From the IMG/VR virus record IMGVR_UViG_3300031555_004294, positions 128,001 to 192,000 of that record: a DNA stretch of 64,000 nt, one strand, 5' to 3'. The notes beneath the pieces were generated by a model. That model had not been told where the DNA came from, did no database searches, and worked only from the letters and a program-made list of their open reading frames with translations. Position 1 is the stretch's first letter, and each line of letters begins with the position of its first letter. The DNA is from a virus. Taxonomy: Duplodnaviria > Caudoviricetes. Below, one piece after another: positions 20,110 through 29,768 of the stretch. Made by a program: the position numbers and the translations under genes.

Positions 20110-20943
20110 TTAATACGTAATTTTGATGTTTGGTTTACTAACCAGCCACAAACTCAAGCTTCCATTTTTATTAGGAAAAATTGCGATTGAAAGATTACTA
20201 TTGGCTAACTTGGTTTCTTCTAAGTAATAACGAATATTTGCAGTAGCAGACCAAGAAGAAAGTTTAGGTTCTAAATAGTCAAAATCTTTATCTATGAAGC
20301 CATTATTTTGGTCTTGTAAGCAATAGCATATACCACTACCAGATTTAGCTCCATATTTAAAAATTTCAGAATTATAGGATCTATCAAATTTTAAAGTCTT
20401 TCCTAAGTAATGTTTTTTGATTGCAGTAATGATATTCTCTTTTTCTTCGTTAAACTCATGAATCATGTCTTTTGCAGGTAATTGAACTTTAGGATTTTTA
20501 TAATCCATGATATTCTTAAGACACTTTTTAAAATCTAAGTATGCATAGAATCTATAAGTATCTTGAGTATTTTGTACTCTGATAAACGTAAGACTCATAT
20601 CTTTATAAGCGTAGTTGATTTCATCAAACACACTGTTAAGTTCTTTGATGATAATATTTTGAGTCAGACCAGACTCTCTTTCCAATTCAAAAATAGAAAA
20701 TGGCTCGGAAAGATATTGTTGAATGGTCATTCTATAATCTTTTGCAGAAATGGCAAATACGTTAGGATATATCTTTTTTTCATCATAGATTTTTATTGGC
20801 TTACAAGTAGTTGTCTTTTCTAGAGCATCTTTTAAATGTTTTGTCATTTTCTGTAATTGCTCCAATGCAGACAAATATGAAATTTCTTGTAACGAAGCAC
20901 TAAATAATCCTTCTGACAGTAATTTTTCGTTTAAAAATTCCAT
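20110..20943 (-). CDS. late hypothetical protein
   Basis: Start moved to MEFLNEKLL (RBS upstream); late promoter at 20987-20998. Confidence 0.65.
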   Translation of the reverse strand: MEFLNEKLLSEGLFSASLQEISYLSALEQLQKMTKHLKDALEKTTTCKPIKIYDEKKIYPNVFAISAKDYRMTIQQYLSEPFSIFELERESGLTQNIIIKELNSVFDEINYAYKDMSLTFIRVQNTQDTYRFYAYLDFKKCLKNIMDYKNPKVQLPAKDMIHEFNEEKENIITAIKKHYLGKTLKFDRSYNSEIFKYGAKSGSGICYCLQDQNNGFIDKDFDYLEPKLSSWSATANIRYYLEETKLANSNLSIAIFPNKNGSLSLWLVSKPNIKITY

Positions 20944-20986
20944 CTTCTTACTTTTCCTTTCTTCTAAAAAATAGTTTTTTATCATT

Positions 20987-21011
20987 TATGTATTTGTTTA
21001 ACAACTAATTA
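20987..21011. promoter_or_regulatory. back-to-back divergent late promoters
   Basis: AACAAATACATA on minus (20987-20998) and AACAACTAATTA on plus (21000-21011). Confidence 0.7.
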
Positions 21012-21044
21012 CAAAGTTTTTGTTAAAAAGGAGGATAATGTATA

Positions 21045-21494
21045 ATGATTGAGTTATCACATTTAGAAGTTTATAGAGAACCTTTAAAGAAAGAATTTTT
21101 TTTAAACATTGATGACTTTGGTTCGGTATCTACATATGGTGAACTACCAGCATTAGCAAGGTTAGTTCAACGTTTAATAATTATGGAACCTAAAAGTTAT
21201 CCTGACGATCCTGATATGGGAGTTGGCATTTCTAATTACGAGTTTGAATTTTTAGATGCTATTACAATAAATGAGCTAACTTTAAAAATTTCAACTCAAA
21301 TTAACAAGTACATTCCAAATAATAATATAGATTCTGTAATAGTAGAAGCTATTGCTAATGATAAAACTGGGGTAAATAATACCATTGGCATTCTTATAAA
21401 TTTCGTTAAGGATATTGAAGGAAAATCAAATATGATTCTTACTTTTGATAAAGTTGGAAAAACTGGTAAAATTGATAGTAAGATCTACATCTAA
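21045..21494 (+). CDS. baseplate wedge protein, T4 gp25-like
   Basis: YPDDPDMGVGI..YEFE and 'QINKYIP' pattern; size. Confidence 0.65.
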   Translation: MIELSHLEVYREPLKKEFFLNIDDFGSVSTYGELPALARLVQRLIIMEPKSYPDDPDMGVGISNYEFEFLDAITINELTLKISTQINKYIPNNNIDSVIVEAIANDKTGVNNTIGILINFVKDIEGKSNMILTFDKVGKTGKIDSKIYI

Positions 21495-21577
21495 TTTTTA
21501 TTCTTAAAAAATATGTACTAACATTAAAATAGTCTAAATTACCATAACGATTTAAATAAAGGAGGTAAACACTCGAA

Positions 21578-23224
21578 ATGGAAAATATTTTAAACAATGA
21601 AGATTTAAGAGAAAATGTAACTGTTTTAGATGATACTTTGAATGAAACTATGAATAATAAGCTGCAGACAACTACCGATAATACTGTTACTGCAGGTAAT
21701 GTGGTTAATGCCATGCTACAAGCTAAAATGATTAATGACAATACCCATCAATATGTAGAAACAACTACTACTCCTCATATTGAAATTCCCAATCAACAAC
21801 AGTATGTAACTAAAATTCCTGGTAATATTGAAGGTATGAATATAGTTACTCCTTTAGTTAAAGAAGGAATGGCTGCACCTAAAACTATTGACCTATCAGA
21901 CCTACCTATGGATGATGATGCTTCATATAGTTCTGTTTTAGGAAACTTAGATGATGAGCCTCTTACAACTTATGCAGATGACCTTTCAATGAGAGGAAAT
22001 AACAATACAAATGTACACTATCATACAGAGTTAGAAGGATTAAACAACGATCCTGTTCCTACAGTTAAGAACGAACTTGATTTTGGTGTAAACTTTAGTG
22101 CTGAAGAGATTGACTTTTCTAAGGATGCTAACACTACTGAATTTAGTGCAGAGGATGCATTAACTGAAGATGTCATTAAGCAGTCTAAAGATGAGGAAAA
22201 CTACATTTACCATTCATATGCAGACCAGAAGATTTCTCATAGAGGAAACAATTCTAAGCTGTCTTTCTTGGATAAAATCTCTGTAGATTTAAAGGATGTT
22301 ACGATTACAAAGAAGTCTCCAATCGAACAGGTTGAAGATATCAACGCTATGTTTAACAATAACATTGCAACATTTACAGTTACTTGCTGTCAATCTGGTT
22401 ACTGGGCTTCTATGTCTGGTTTAACTTTAGCAGAGAAGAATGCAATTAACAATTCTGATGGTGGTTCTATCTTCCAGTTCAGACAGAAATTGTATCATAC
22501 TGTTTATAACAAGATTCAGGCAATGTCTATTCCTAAGCCTAACTTCAATAACTGGCTGAAGATCACTTCTTTCAATGACTTGGCAACACTGTTATTCGGT
22601 ATCTATTGTCAGACATTCATTGACAATAACGATTTCGATATTACTTGTGGTAAGTGCGGTAAGACAACTTCTGTAACTGTTAACAATCAGTCTTTAGTAG
22701 AAGTTAGAGATCGTTCTGTATTTGAAAAGCGTGATGAAATTATTGGCACTATTGAGAATGGTGAACAGTTAGTAGCAAATTCCATTGTCCATAAGGATGA
22801 GCGTATCATGCTAAACGAAAGTAAGATCATTGTAGATGTAGCTACTCCTTCTTTACATGACCATCTAACTTTACTACAGTCTTCTAAGCAAGAGACTTTA
22901 CAGGAATACGCAGATACTTTCTCTGCAATGTTGTTTATCAGTCATCTTTATATGTTGAACATTAGAGAGACTTATAATACTGGTAAGCCTGCTTACTATG
23001 AAATTGATGATAAGGCTAGACTACTTAACATTCTTCTCAAGCTTTCTAACAATGATGGTGAACAGTTAGAAAATGCTATTCAGGAAAAACTTGGAAAGTA
23101 CCAGATTAATTACGAAATTCACAATGTAACTTGTTCTCATTGTAAGTCTCAGCTACCTGGTATTCCAGTTGATATGGAAAACATCCTTTTTACACGTCTA
23201 AACAGGACGAACACGGAGAGGTAA
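21578..23224 (+). CDS. baseplate hub / tail assembly chaperone (T4 gp26/gp51-like C-terminal region)
   Basis: two CxxC pairs (CGKC, CSHC), next to gp25-like gene; late promoter at 21520-21531. Confidence 0.55.
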   Translation: MENILNNEDLRENVTVLDDTLNETMNNKLQTTTDNTVTAGNVVNAMLQAKMINDNTHQYVETTTTPHIEIPNQQQYVTKIPGNIEGMNIVTPLVKEGMAAPKTIDLSDLPMDDDASYSSVLGNLDDEPLTTYADDLSMRGNNNTNVHYHTELEGLNNDPVPTVKNELDFGVNFSAEEIDFSKDANTTEFSAEDALTEDVIKQSKDEENYIYHSYADQKISHRGNNSKLSFLDKISVDLKDVTITKKSPIEQVEDINAMFNNNIATFTVTCCQSGYWASMSGLTLAEKNAINNSDGGSIFQFRQKLYHTVYNKIQAMSIPKPNFNNWLKITSFNDLATLLFGIYCQTFIDNNDFDITCGKCGKTTSVTVNNQSLVEVRDRSVFEKRDEIIGTIENGEQLVANSIVHKDERIMLNESKIIVDVATPSLHDHLTLLQSSKQETLQEYADTFSAMLFISHLYMLNIRETYNTGKPAYYEIDDKARLLNILLKLSNNDGEQLENAIQEKLGKYQINYEIHNVTCSHCKSQLPGIPVDMENILFTRLNRTNTER

Positions 23225-23460
23225 GTTATAAACTTTCAAGAGCTAGTGACTCTGATTTTATAGTTTCCGTACTTGACCTGTTTAGTGGACAGATGTCATT
23301 AACAGAAGTTCTAAATTCTGAAATAGCAGTTCTTAAAGAATTGTGTGAAGCAAGAACTAAGTTACTTGAAGAAAAAGAGAAAGCTAAAGCAAAGGCAATG
23401 TCAAAAATTGAAAATGACAGAGCTTATAACGACTTGAATAAAATTTACAACCAACGTTAA
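23173..23460 (+). CDS. -1 frame extension / small tail chaperone ORF
   Basis: Not in track. -1 frame open from 23173 to TAA at 23460 (...LDLFSGQMSLTEVLNSEIAVLKELCEARTKLLEE...). Confidence 0.55.
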   Translation, partial: YGKHPFYTSKQDEHGEVSYKLSRASDSDFIVSVLDLFSGQMSLTEVLNSEIAVLKELCEARTKLLEEKEKAKAKAMSKIENDRAYNDLNKIYNQR

Positions 23461-23541
23461 AATTTCATTTACTATTTTACACCTTTCTGTAAAAGTTTTA
23501 TTGATGATGAAAATGCTAATTACAGAAAGTCAGGTGATTGT

Positions 23542-23886
23542 GTGAATCCATACTTAAAAAAATTTAAGAGTCTAACAACTTGGATTACTGATGATAGAGT
23601 TGAGAACTTATTAGAGGGAACTTTATATCTAAAAGAAGCTTTCAAATTTATCGAGTTACTTTTAGTGCTTGATGAGAATAATTTTGAGTATGAGCTTGTT
23701 TCTGGATTTAAAGGAAAGACTCATTTTAAAGAAGAACAGAATATGTTCAAGGATATCGTTATAGAAGTGTCTGAACAAGAATTAAGAAATGTAGTTGAGT
23801 TTTTTAACAGTTCTGTAAAGTATAATGAAACTTTTAGCGTACAAGAATTATCAAACACAAATCTAAAGATTCAACTAAGGGACTGA
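23542..23886 (+). CDS. hypothetical protein
   Basis: GTG start with AGGTGA RBS. Confidence 0.65.
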   Translation: MNPYLKKFKSLTTWITDDRVENLLEGTLYLKEAFKFIELLLVLDENNFEYELVSGFKGKTHFKEEQNMFKDIVIEVSEQELRNVVEFFNSSVKYNETFSVQELSNTNLKIQLRD

Positions 23887-23908
23887 AATATGTCCCTTAG
23901 TTGATTTT
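23871..23908 (+). terminator. intrinsic terminator
   Basis: TCAACTAAGGGAC/GTCCCTTAGTTGA. Confidence 0.75.
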
Positions 23909-23945
23909 CTATAAACAAGTGTAACGAATTTTAAACTAAATTTTA

Positions 23946-23957
23946 AATATATATTCT
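23946..23957 (+). promoter_or_regulatory. early-type promoter motif
   Basis: AATATATATTCT. Confidence 0.6.
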
Positions 23958-23962
23958 GATTG

Positions 23963-24420
23963 TGTAAGAAGGAGAATATATGGTGGTGCACAAGAAGTGA
24001 CGATTATATTCTTTCTGTATGTTTGCAAGATACAGAGAAGACGAAGGCCAAGTCAACCATTGCAATTCTTACATATCATAGAGATAGGTTGGTCTTACCT
24101 TGGATCCAACCAAACAATCTTACCTAAAAAGCCCTAAAGAACTCGTAACGTGGAATTACTGAGATGTATGATAAAGGCGGCCAAGATGTACCACGAGAGT
24201 TGTTGCTCCAAATAATACAACCACATCAGGCTATGAGTTTGCTCTAGAGAGCAGTAGATTAGTTTATGCTAGACCATCCCATCCTCCTGCCCTAGCCAAC
24301 TAATCGAGAACGGTAAGCTCTTCTTTTCAAAAGAAGTTGAAGAAAACTCAAAATTCATAATGGTTAAAACGTTATGAGACATAAAAAAGAGAAGTGTGGG
24401 ATGGCACTTCTTTTTTTTTT
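23963..24420 (+). ncRNA. candidate large structured non-coding RNA, family not recognised
   Basis: GC-richer than its surroundings, no long ORF, bounded by promoter and terminator, many complementary segments. Confidence 0.6.
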
Positions 24421-24421
24421 T
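24383..24421 (+). terminator. intrinsic terminator with loop TGGGATGG
   Basis: AGAAGTG/CACTTCT stem and long U-tract. Confidence 0.75.
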
Positions 24422-24463
24422 ACAAGATCACATAATTTCAATTCTAAGGAGACAAAAAAGAAA

Positions 24464-26203
24464 ATGGGACAGGCAAACATAGATCAACTTTTTTTGAACT
24501 CAAATATCATAGATGAAGCAGAAACAAAAGAAAAAATTAAGTCTACACTAGCTAAAATAGCGAGAGAAGTTAGTAAGTCTTTAGGTCCATACGGTTCAAC
24601 TACTATCATTGAAGATAGACTTGGTGACCATTATATGACCAAGGATGGGTATACAATCCTTAAGGCTATGAACTACAACTACGATATTTCTCGTACAGTT
24701 CTAGATATAGTTAAGAAGATTTCTAAAGCATTGGTTAGAACTGTCGGTGATGGTTCTACATCTTCTGTAGTCATTGCCAATGAATTATTTGATTCAATTA
24801 CTTCAATCTCAGATAACTTACAGTTAGCTCCTCAAGATATTCTTGAAATTTTCAATGTTTTAGCTGAGAACTTTGAAGCTATGATTTTGAATGAAGCAAC
24901 ACAAATTACAGATGAAAACTTTGATGAAACTATCACAAAGATTGCAACTATTTCTTGTAACAACAATCAAGAATCTGGTAAGCTATTTTGTGATATTTTC
25001 CGAACCATTGGTAAGTATGGTTTTATCAACTTAGAGAATGGTAAGTCTAGTAAGGACTATTTTGAGAAAGTACAGGGTATTGAAGTTCCTAGAGGATGGA
25101 TCAATGCTCGTATGGCAAACCAAAATGACAGAATTTCAACAGAATATGAAAATGCACTTGTGTTCATGATGAATGATATTATGTCTGATGACGAAATTGA
25201 TTTCATTGCAAGTGTTATGGACAATGTATGTATTAAGCAGAATGTTCCTCTTATCATAGTAGCAACTAACTATACTTCTTCTGTTAAATCGTTCTTTGAT
25301 GCAAATCTTCAGAAGAATAAGCATCTTCCTGTAGTTGCTATCGACATTGACGCATCTACTAAAAATGGTAAAGATAGATTTGAAGATTTAGCATTAGCTC
25401 TTGGTTGTCATTATTATGACAAGTACAATGGAATGGAAAATCTTAATGAATTCTCTATCAGAGATTTAGGAAAATGTAAGAGATTTAAGGGAGATGACTT
25501 ACGTTCCACTTTCATTGATGGTGAAGGTTATGTTTCTAACGCAGAAAGACTTCAGGAACACATAAAAAATCTTGAAACTGAATATGAAAGACTTCAGCAT
25601 ATGGATGAAATTCACGATAACCGTGAAAAGGATCTCTTCCAAATTAAGAAACGTATTGCTACTTTAACATCCTCTATGGCAACTCTTTATGTTGGTGGTG
25701 GTTCTGAAATGGAACGTACTACTAGAAAGTTCTTAATGGAAGACGCTGTTTATGCATGTCGTTCTTCTATAGAAAACGGATATGTAGTTGGAGGTAACTT
25801 AATTCTTCCTAAGATTTTGGTAAAACATGAAGATGTTATTGTTGAAAATACTGTAAGAGATGAACGCTTAAAGTATTTGACTAACATCTACGAGAATGAT
25901 GAAGATTTTATGTCAGCAATTATGTATATCGTTGAAAATATACTTTCGGCTTTCAAACAGTCATTTATGACCGTTTTAAGAAATGCACACATTAGTAATG
26001 AAAATGCTGCAAAGATCATCAAAACTTGTATTGATGAAGATAAGATTTACAATGTGAAATTGAGAAGATATGAGAACGATAATGAGACCAATGTAATTAA
26101 CTCGGCTGAAACTGACATAGAAATCATCAAGGCTAGTTTCTCTATCATTGGTTTATTGGCAACTAGCAATCAGTTTATTACTAGCAATCCTGTAAGCAGA
26201 TAA
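24464..26203 (+). CDS. groEL: phage chaperonin, GroEL-like
   Basis: SLGPYG, TKDGYT, VGDGSTS, DRFEDLA, GYVVGG; start moved to MGQAN with AAGGAG RBS. Confidence 0.9.
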   Translation: MGQANIDQLFLNSNIIDEAETKEKIKSTLAKIAREVSKSLGPYGSTTIIEDRLGDHYMTKDGYTILKAMNYNYDISRTVLDIVKKISKALVRTVGDGSTSSVVIANELFDSITSISDNLQLAPQDILEIFNVLAENFEAMILNEATQITDENFDETITKIATISCNNNQESGKLFCDIFRTIGKYGFINLENGKSSKDYFEKVQGIEVPRGWINARMANQNDRISTEYENALVFMMNDIMSDDEIDFIASVMDNVCIKQNVPLIIVATNYTSSVKSFFDANLQKNKHLPVVAIDIDASTKNGKDRFEDLALALGCHYYDKYNGMENLNEFSIRDLGKCKRFKGDDLRSTFIDGEGYVSNAERLQEHIKNLETEYERLQHMDEIHDNREKDLFQIKKRIATLTSSMATLYVGGGSEMERTTRKFLMEDAVYACRSSIENGYVVGGNLILPKILVKHEDVIVENTVRDERLKYLTNIYENDEDFMSAIMYIVENILSAFKQSFMTVLRNAHISNENAAKIIKTCIDEDKIYNVKLRRYENDNETNVINSAETDIEIIKASFSIIGLLATSNQFITSNPVSR

Positions 26204-26208
26204 TTTTT

Positions 26209-26244
26209 TTTAGAGTATAACCTTTTACGAGGTTATACTCTAAA
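26209..26244 (+). terminator. stem-loop terminator
   Basis: TTTAGAGTATAACC/GGTTATACTCTAAA. Confidence 0.65.
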
Positions 26245-26266
26245 ACTTGTAACAATTTTAGTTTTA

Positions 26267-26278
26267 AATATATATTCT
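26267..26278 (+). promoter_or_regulatory. early-type promoter motif
   Basis: AATATATATTCT. Confidence 0.6.
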
Positions 26279-26321
26279 TCCCTTAGAAAGAACTAACTTT
26301 AAAAAGGTAGGACAAAAAACA

Positions 26322-26939
26322 TTGAAAGAGCTTACTAAAAAACAACTATTTGATTTACAGATCAACTATACAAAATATATTATCGAATATGGCGATAAAT
26401 GGTGGGAAGAAAAAGAAAATTGGATAAGCATTATAACTTGGGATAACTTATCCGAAGATTTCATAAGGGAATTTCAAGATTATTTAGACTTTTGCGTCAT
26501 TCCTGCAACTCAAGTTTTATCCGAAGATTTCATAAGGGAATTTCAAGATAAACTTGATTGGAATTCAGTATCAATAAACCAAGATCTATCCGAAGATTTC
26601 ATAAGGGAATTTCAAGATAAAATTTATTGGATTGGAATATCTGGCCATAAAAGAGATTTATCAGAAGATTTTATAGAAGAATTCCAAGATAAAGTTAGCT
26701 GGAGTTTGATCTCAATATATCAGAAATTATCGTGTGATTTTATAAGAAAGTTTCAAGACAAAGTTTACTGGACTTCAATTTTTAATCATCAAGAAAATTT
26801 ATCTGATGATTTCATATTGGAATTCCAAGATAAAATAAGTTGGAATAACTTATGTTGGAACAATCCATCCAAATGTAATATTTTTAAAAAATGGAGGAAG
26901 TTAATAGATGATAGCACTAACCAAACAACAGGAGTTTGA
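26322..26939 (+). CDS. tryptophan-repeat protein (LTKxQxFDL family)
   Basis: 23-aa LSEDFIREFQDKxxW repeats. Confidence 0.85.
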   Translation: MKELTKKQLFDLQINYTKYIIEYGDKWWEEKENWISIITWDNLSEDFIREFQDYLDFCVIPATQVLSEDFIREFQDKLDWNSVSINQDLSEDFIREFQDKIYWIGISGHKRDLSEDFIEEFQDKVSWSLISIYQKLSCDFIRKFQDKVYWTSIFNHQENLSDDFILEFQDKISWNNLCWNNPSKCNIFKKWRKLIDDSTNQTTGV

Positions 26940-27591
26940 TCTCTTGTTCAAATATTCAAACTTAGGATTTACGAATGAAAATTTGCATAGCGAAAAGAAA
27001 TGGGCAGAACTCATTCATCATCCTTCCAGAATATATGTAACACACAATAAGGAATTCTTACTTGAGTTCAAAGATGTTCTAGATATTGAAAATTTATCTG
27101 GTGGTATTCCAAATTACTTTATGAATGACTTTGAATTTTTTGATGAAATTTCCAAGTATATTGATTTTGGTTGCTTTCCTATCCGAATTCAAGATTACAG
27201 TACTGACAATGTATCTGTAGCTGCTCTTAGACGTTATAAGGAGACACTTAATTGGAATCGAGTGTACATATCTACACCATCAGAAGCTTATACTTCAGTA
27301 GAATTTTTAGAAGAGTTCAAAGATGTTCTATGTTGGGACAATCTTGATTATTCTTACATCTCTGAAGAAACTATAGAGCTTTTCAAGAATAAAGTATCTT
27401 GGAAGAAAGTTTGTATGAAGACTGATTTATCAGAGGACTTTATTAGACGAAACAAAAGAAAAATAGCTTGGAAGACACTTTGTAAACAACGTGATAAAAC
27501 TTTGAATTTCTCTGTTGAATTTATGAAGGAATTTGACGATAAAATTCACTGGGAAGTTTATGTAAAAGGACGTAAAACTTTATTTACTTAA
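26908..27591 (+). CDS. tryptophan-repeat protein (LTKxQxFDL family)
   Basis: LTKQQEFDL; degenerate repeats. Confidence 0.8.
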   Translation: MIALTKQQEFDLLFKYSNLGFTNENLHSEKKWAELIHHPSRIYVTHNKEFLLEFKDVLDIENLSGGIPNYFMNDFEFFDEISKYIDFGCFPIRIQDYSTDNVSVAALRRYKETLNWNRVYISTPSEAYTSVEFLEEFKDVLCWDNLDYSYISEETIELFKNKVSWKKVCMKTDLSEDFIRRNKRKIAWKTLCKQRDKTLNFSVEFMKEFDDKIHWEVYVKGRKTLFT

Positions 27592-27608
27592 AAGGAGATA
27601 CAAAAATT

Positions 27609-28730
27609 ATGGGAAAAGCAGTACTTATTGTAGGTGGAACATTTGACAGATTTGGTGGTAAGAAGTCTGGTCTCATTGAAAAGATCTATCAGTCAATCGA
27701 TTACAAAAAGTTTGACTATGATATTGTAGCTTGTCGTAATGGCGGCAACGTCGAAGATCTTAATGAAGAACTTGAATTTACAAAGGAATTTGATATTGTA
27801 CTTTGGATGCCGAATGTATCAAATGATGAAGTAAAGATTAGAAATGTGAAGGAAGTGAATCCTAAGACAATTTTGATCTCTTCAAAAAGAAATGACAATA
27901 ACAAGTACAACTTTGCAGAACTTATTTCAAGAGCACTTGAACTCAAATCTAACCTTACAATCGAGTTTAGCAAAGTTGAGGAAAATAATTGTTTCAACAT
28001 GAGAGTTTTTGATCCGCTTGGAAACCAATTCTACAATGGAACTGATGTTGAAACGATGGTTAACAAACTCTTTAAGAGAGCTGGAGAATTAGCAGAATTC
28101 ACAAGAAAACCTACCATTCCAGTTAACAGTAACGATAGAATTCCTGAAGTACCAGATGAAGAAGAATTTTTTGCATTTGCAAGAAATTGTTCTGATATTT
28201 TCCACAATCTAATTAATCCTGCTGCAGGTACTACACGTTTCTTAGGAAATATGAGTTTCCGTTGTCAAAATGGATTTCCTTCTTTCCGTGGAGAAGATGG
28301 ACTTATCTTTGTAAGTCGTAGAAATGTAGATAAGAGACAGATTACAAAAGAATCATTTGTTCCTACTTATCTCGATGAAGATGAAAATGTTAGGTACTAT
28401 GGAGATGCAAAGCCTTCAGTTGATACACCAGTTCAACTCAGACTCTATAAGAAATTCCCTCAGATGAACTATATGATTCATGCTCATTGTTATGCTAATA
28501 CTATTTTACTAACAGAACATCCAGTTCCTTGTGGTGCAATTGAAGAGGTAGATGAAATTGAATCTGTGGTTAAAAATTCAATGGATGCTGAATTTATTGC
28601 AATCAATTTGATTGGTCATGGTTGTATTCTTATGACAAAAGATGTAAAATATTTTACAAGACTCATGAAATATAAAAAGTATAAGGATAATTGTTTTGTA
28701 AAGAGAAATATACCAGAAGTTTTCTTTTAA
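27609..28730 (+). CDS. class II aldolase/adducin-like domain protein
   Basis: GNMSFR, KPSVDT, HAH, GHG. Confidence 0.7.
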   Translation: MGKAVLIVGGTFDRFGGKKSGLIEKIYQSIDYKKFDYDIVACRNGGNVEDLNEELEFTKEFDIVLWMPNVSNDEVKIRNVKEVNPKTILISSKRNDNNKYNFAELISRALELKSNLTIEFSKVEENNCFNMRVFDPLGNQFYNGTDVETMVNKLFKRAGELAEFTRKPTIPVNSNDRIPEVPDEEEFFAFARNCSDIFHNLINPAAGTTRFLGNMSFRCQNGFPSFRGEDGLIFVSRRNVDKRQITKESFVPTYLDEDENVRYYGDAKPSVDTPVQLRLYKKFPQMNYMIHAHCYANTILLTEHPVPCGAIEEVDEIESVVKNSMDAEFIAINLIGHGCILMTKDVKYFTRLMKYKKYKDNCFVKRNIPEVFF

Positions 28731-28745
28731 AAAGGAATTTTGAAA

Positions 28746-29231
28746 ATGAAAAAGCTAACAAAGAAACAAATATTCGATCTTCAACTTAACTATACATGGA
28801 TAACAAAACTGTGTGGTGATGAGTGGTGGAATGATTGGCAGAAATGGAGAGCTGTATCCTATCTTAACTTATCTGATGATTTCATAAGAGAGTTCAAAGA
28901 TAACTTAAGTTGGTTTGAGCTTACAAGAAACCACCAATTTACTCTTGAAACAGTAAGAGAATTCCAAGATTATATACATTGGGATACTCTGTCAAGAATG
29001 AGAATATCGGAAGATATCATAAGAGAATTTCAAGATAAATTGAACTGGCAATTTATTTCTACCTACCAAGATTTATCAGAAAATTTCATAATGGAGTTCA
29101 AAGATAAAGTTCAATGGGATGAGATTTATGTCAATCAAAATTGTTCTAAAGAATTCTGGCAAAAGACAAGTGAATACTGGATGCCATATTTTGAACATCT
29201 TAAACACAGACGAAAGGACGAATTAAGATGA
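28746..29231 (+). CDS. tryptophan-repeat protein
   Basis: LTKKQIFDL; repeats. Confidence 0.85.
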   Translation: MKKLTKKQIFDLQLNYTWITKLCGDEWWNDWQKWRAVSYLNLSDDFIREFKDNLSWFELTRNHQFTLETVREFQDYIHWDTLSRMRISEDIIREFQDKLNWQFISTYQDLSENFIMEFKDKVQWDEIYVNQNCSKEFWQKTSEYWMPYFEHLKHRRKDELR

Positions 29232-29755
29232 AGACTAAACTAACCAAACAACAGATATTTGATTTGCAGTTCAAATATGATATAAAGGCTACACCATCTA
29301 TAATGAAAAAGAAAAATTGGTGGAATCATATAGAATATTGGAGGTGGATATTTGATACTAAAAGTTCTTCTATTCCAGAAGAATTTTTTCGTATGTATAT
29401 TAATGTTATAGATGAATTAGGAGGTTATTATTGGGAGATTATATCACGACAAGCAATATTTTCTGAAGACTTTATAAGAGAATTCCAAGATAAAGTTTAT
29501 TGGGAGGGGGTTTCATCTATTCCAAATTTATCTGAAGACTTTATAAGAGAATTCCAAGATAAAGTTGATTGGTTTGAAATTTCTTCCACTCAAAATTTAT
29601 CTGAAGACTTTATAAGAGAATTCCAAGATAAAGTTTATTGGTGGAAAATTTTTGATTGTCAGACTTTATCAGATGAATTTATTGAAGAGTTTAAAGACAA
29701 ATATATTGACGAGGACGACGAATTTGATGATTTTTTAGAAGATGATGACTACTAA
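29228..29755 (+). CDS. tryptophan-repeat protein
   Basis: LTKQQIFDL; three DNA-identical 36-bp repeat cores, 69-bp period. Confidence 0.85.
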   Translation: MKTKLTKQQIFDLQFKYDIKATPSIMKKKNWWNHIEYWRWIFDTKSSSIPEEFFRMYINVIDELGGYYWEIISRQAIFSEDFIREFQDKVYWEGVSSIPNLSEDFIREFQDKVDWFEISSTQNLSEDFIREFQDKVYWWKIFDCQTLSDEFIEEFKDKYIDEDDEFDDFLEDDDY

Positions 29756-29768
29756 AAGAGGTTTATAG

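Noticed and set aside
23963-24420. tmRNA, RNase P RNA, tRNA cluster or another intron
   Set aside because: No tRNA-like GGGG/CCA ends or T-loop, no GAGGAAAGUCC P4 motif, no group I P7 or group II domain V motifs recognised
24374-24463. N-terminal extension of the chaperonin
   Set aside because: Runs through a terminator hairpin and poly-T; RBS supports ATG 24464
29462-29640. 36-bp repeats with 33-bp spacers resembling a CRISPR array (also 26448-26620 and 50720-51030)
   Set aside because: Period is exactly 23 codons, in frame within Trp-repeat ORFs; repeats degenerate at synonymous sites; no leader or cas genes
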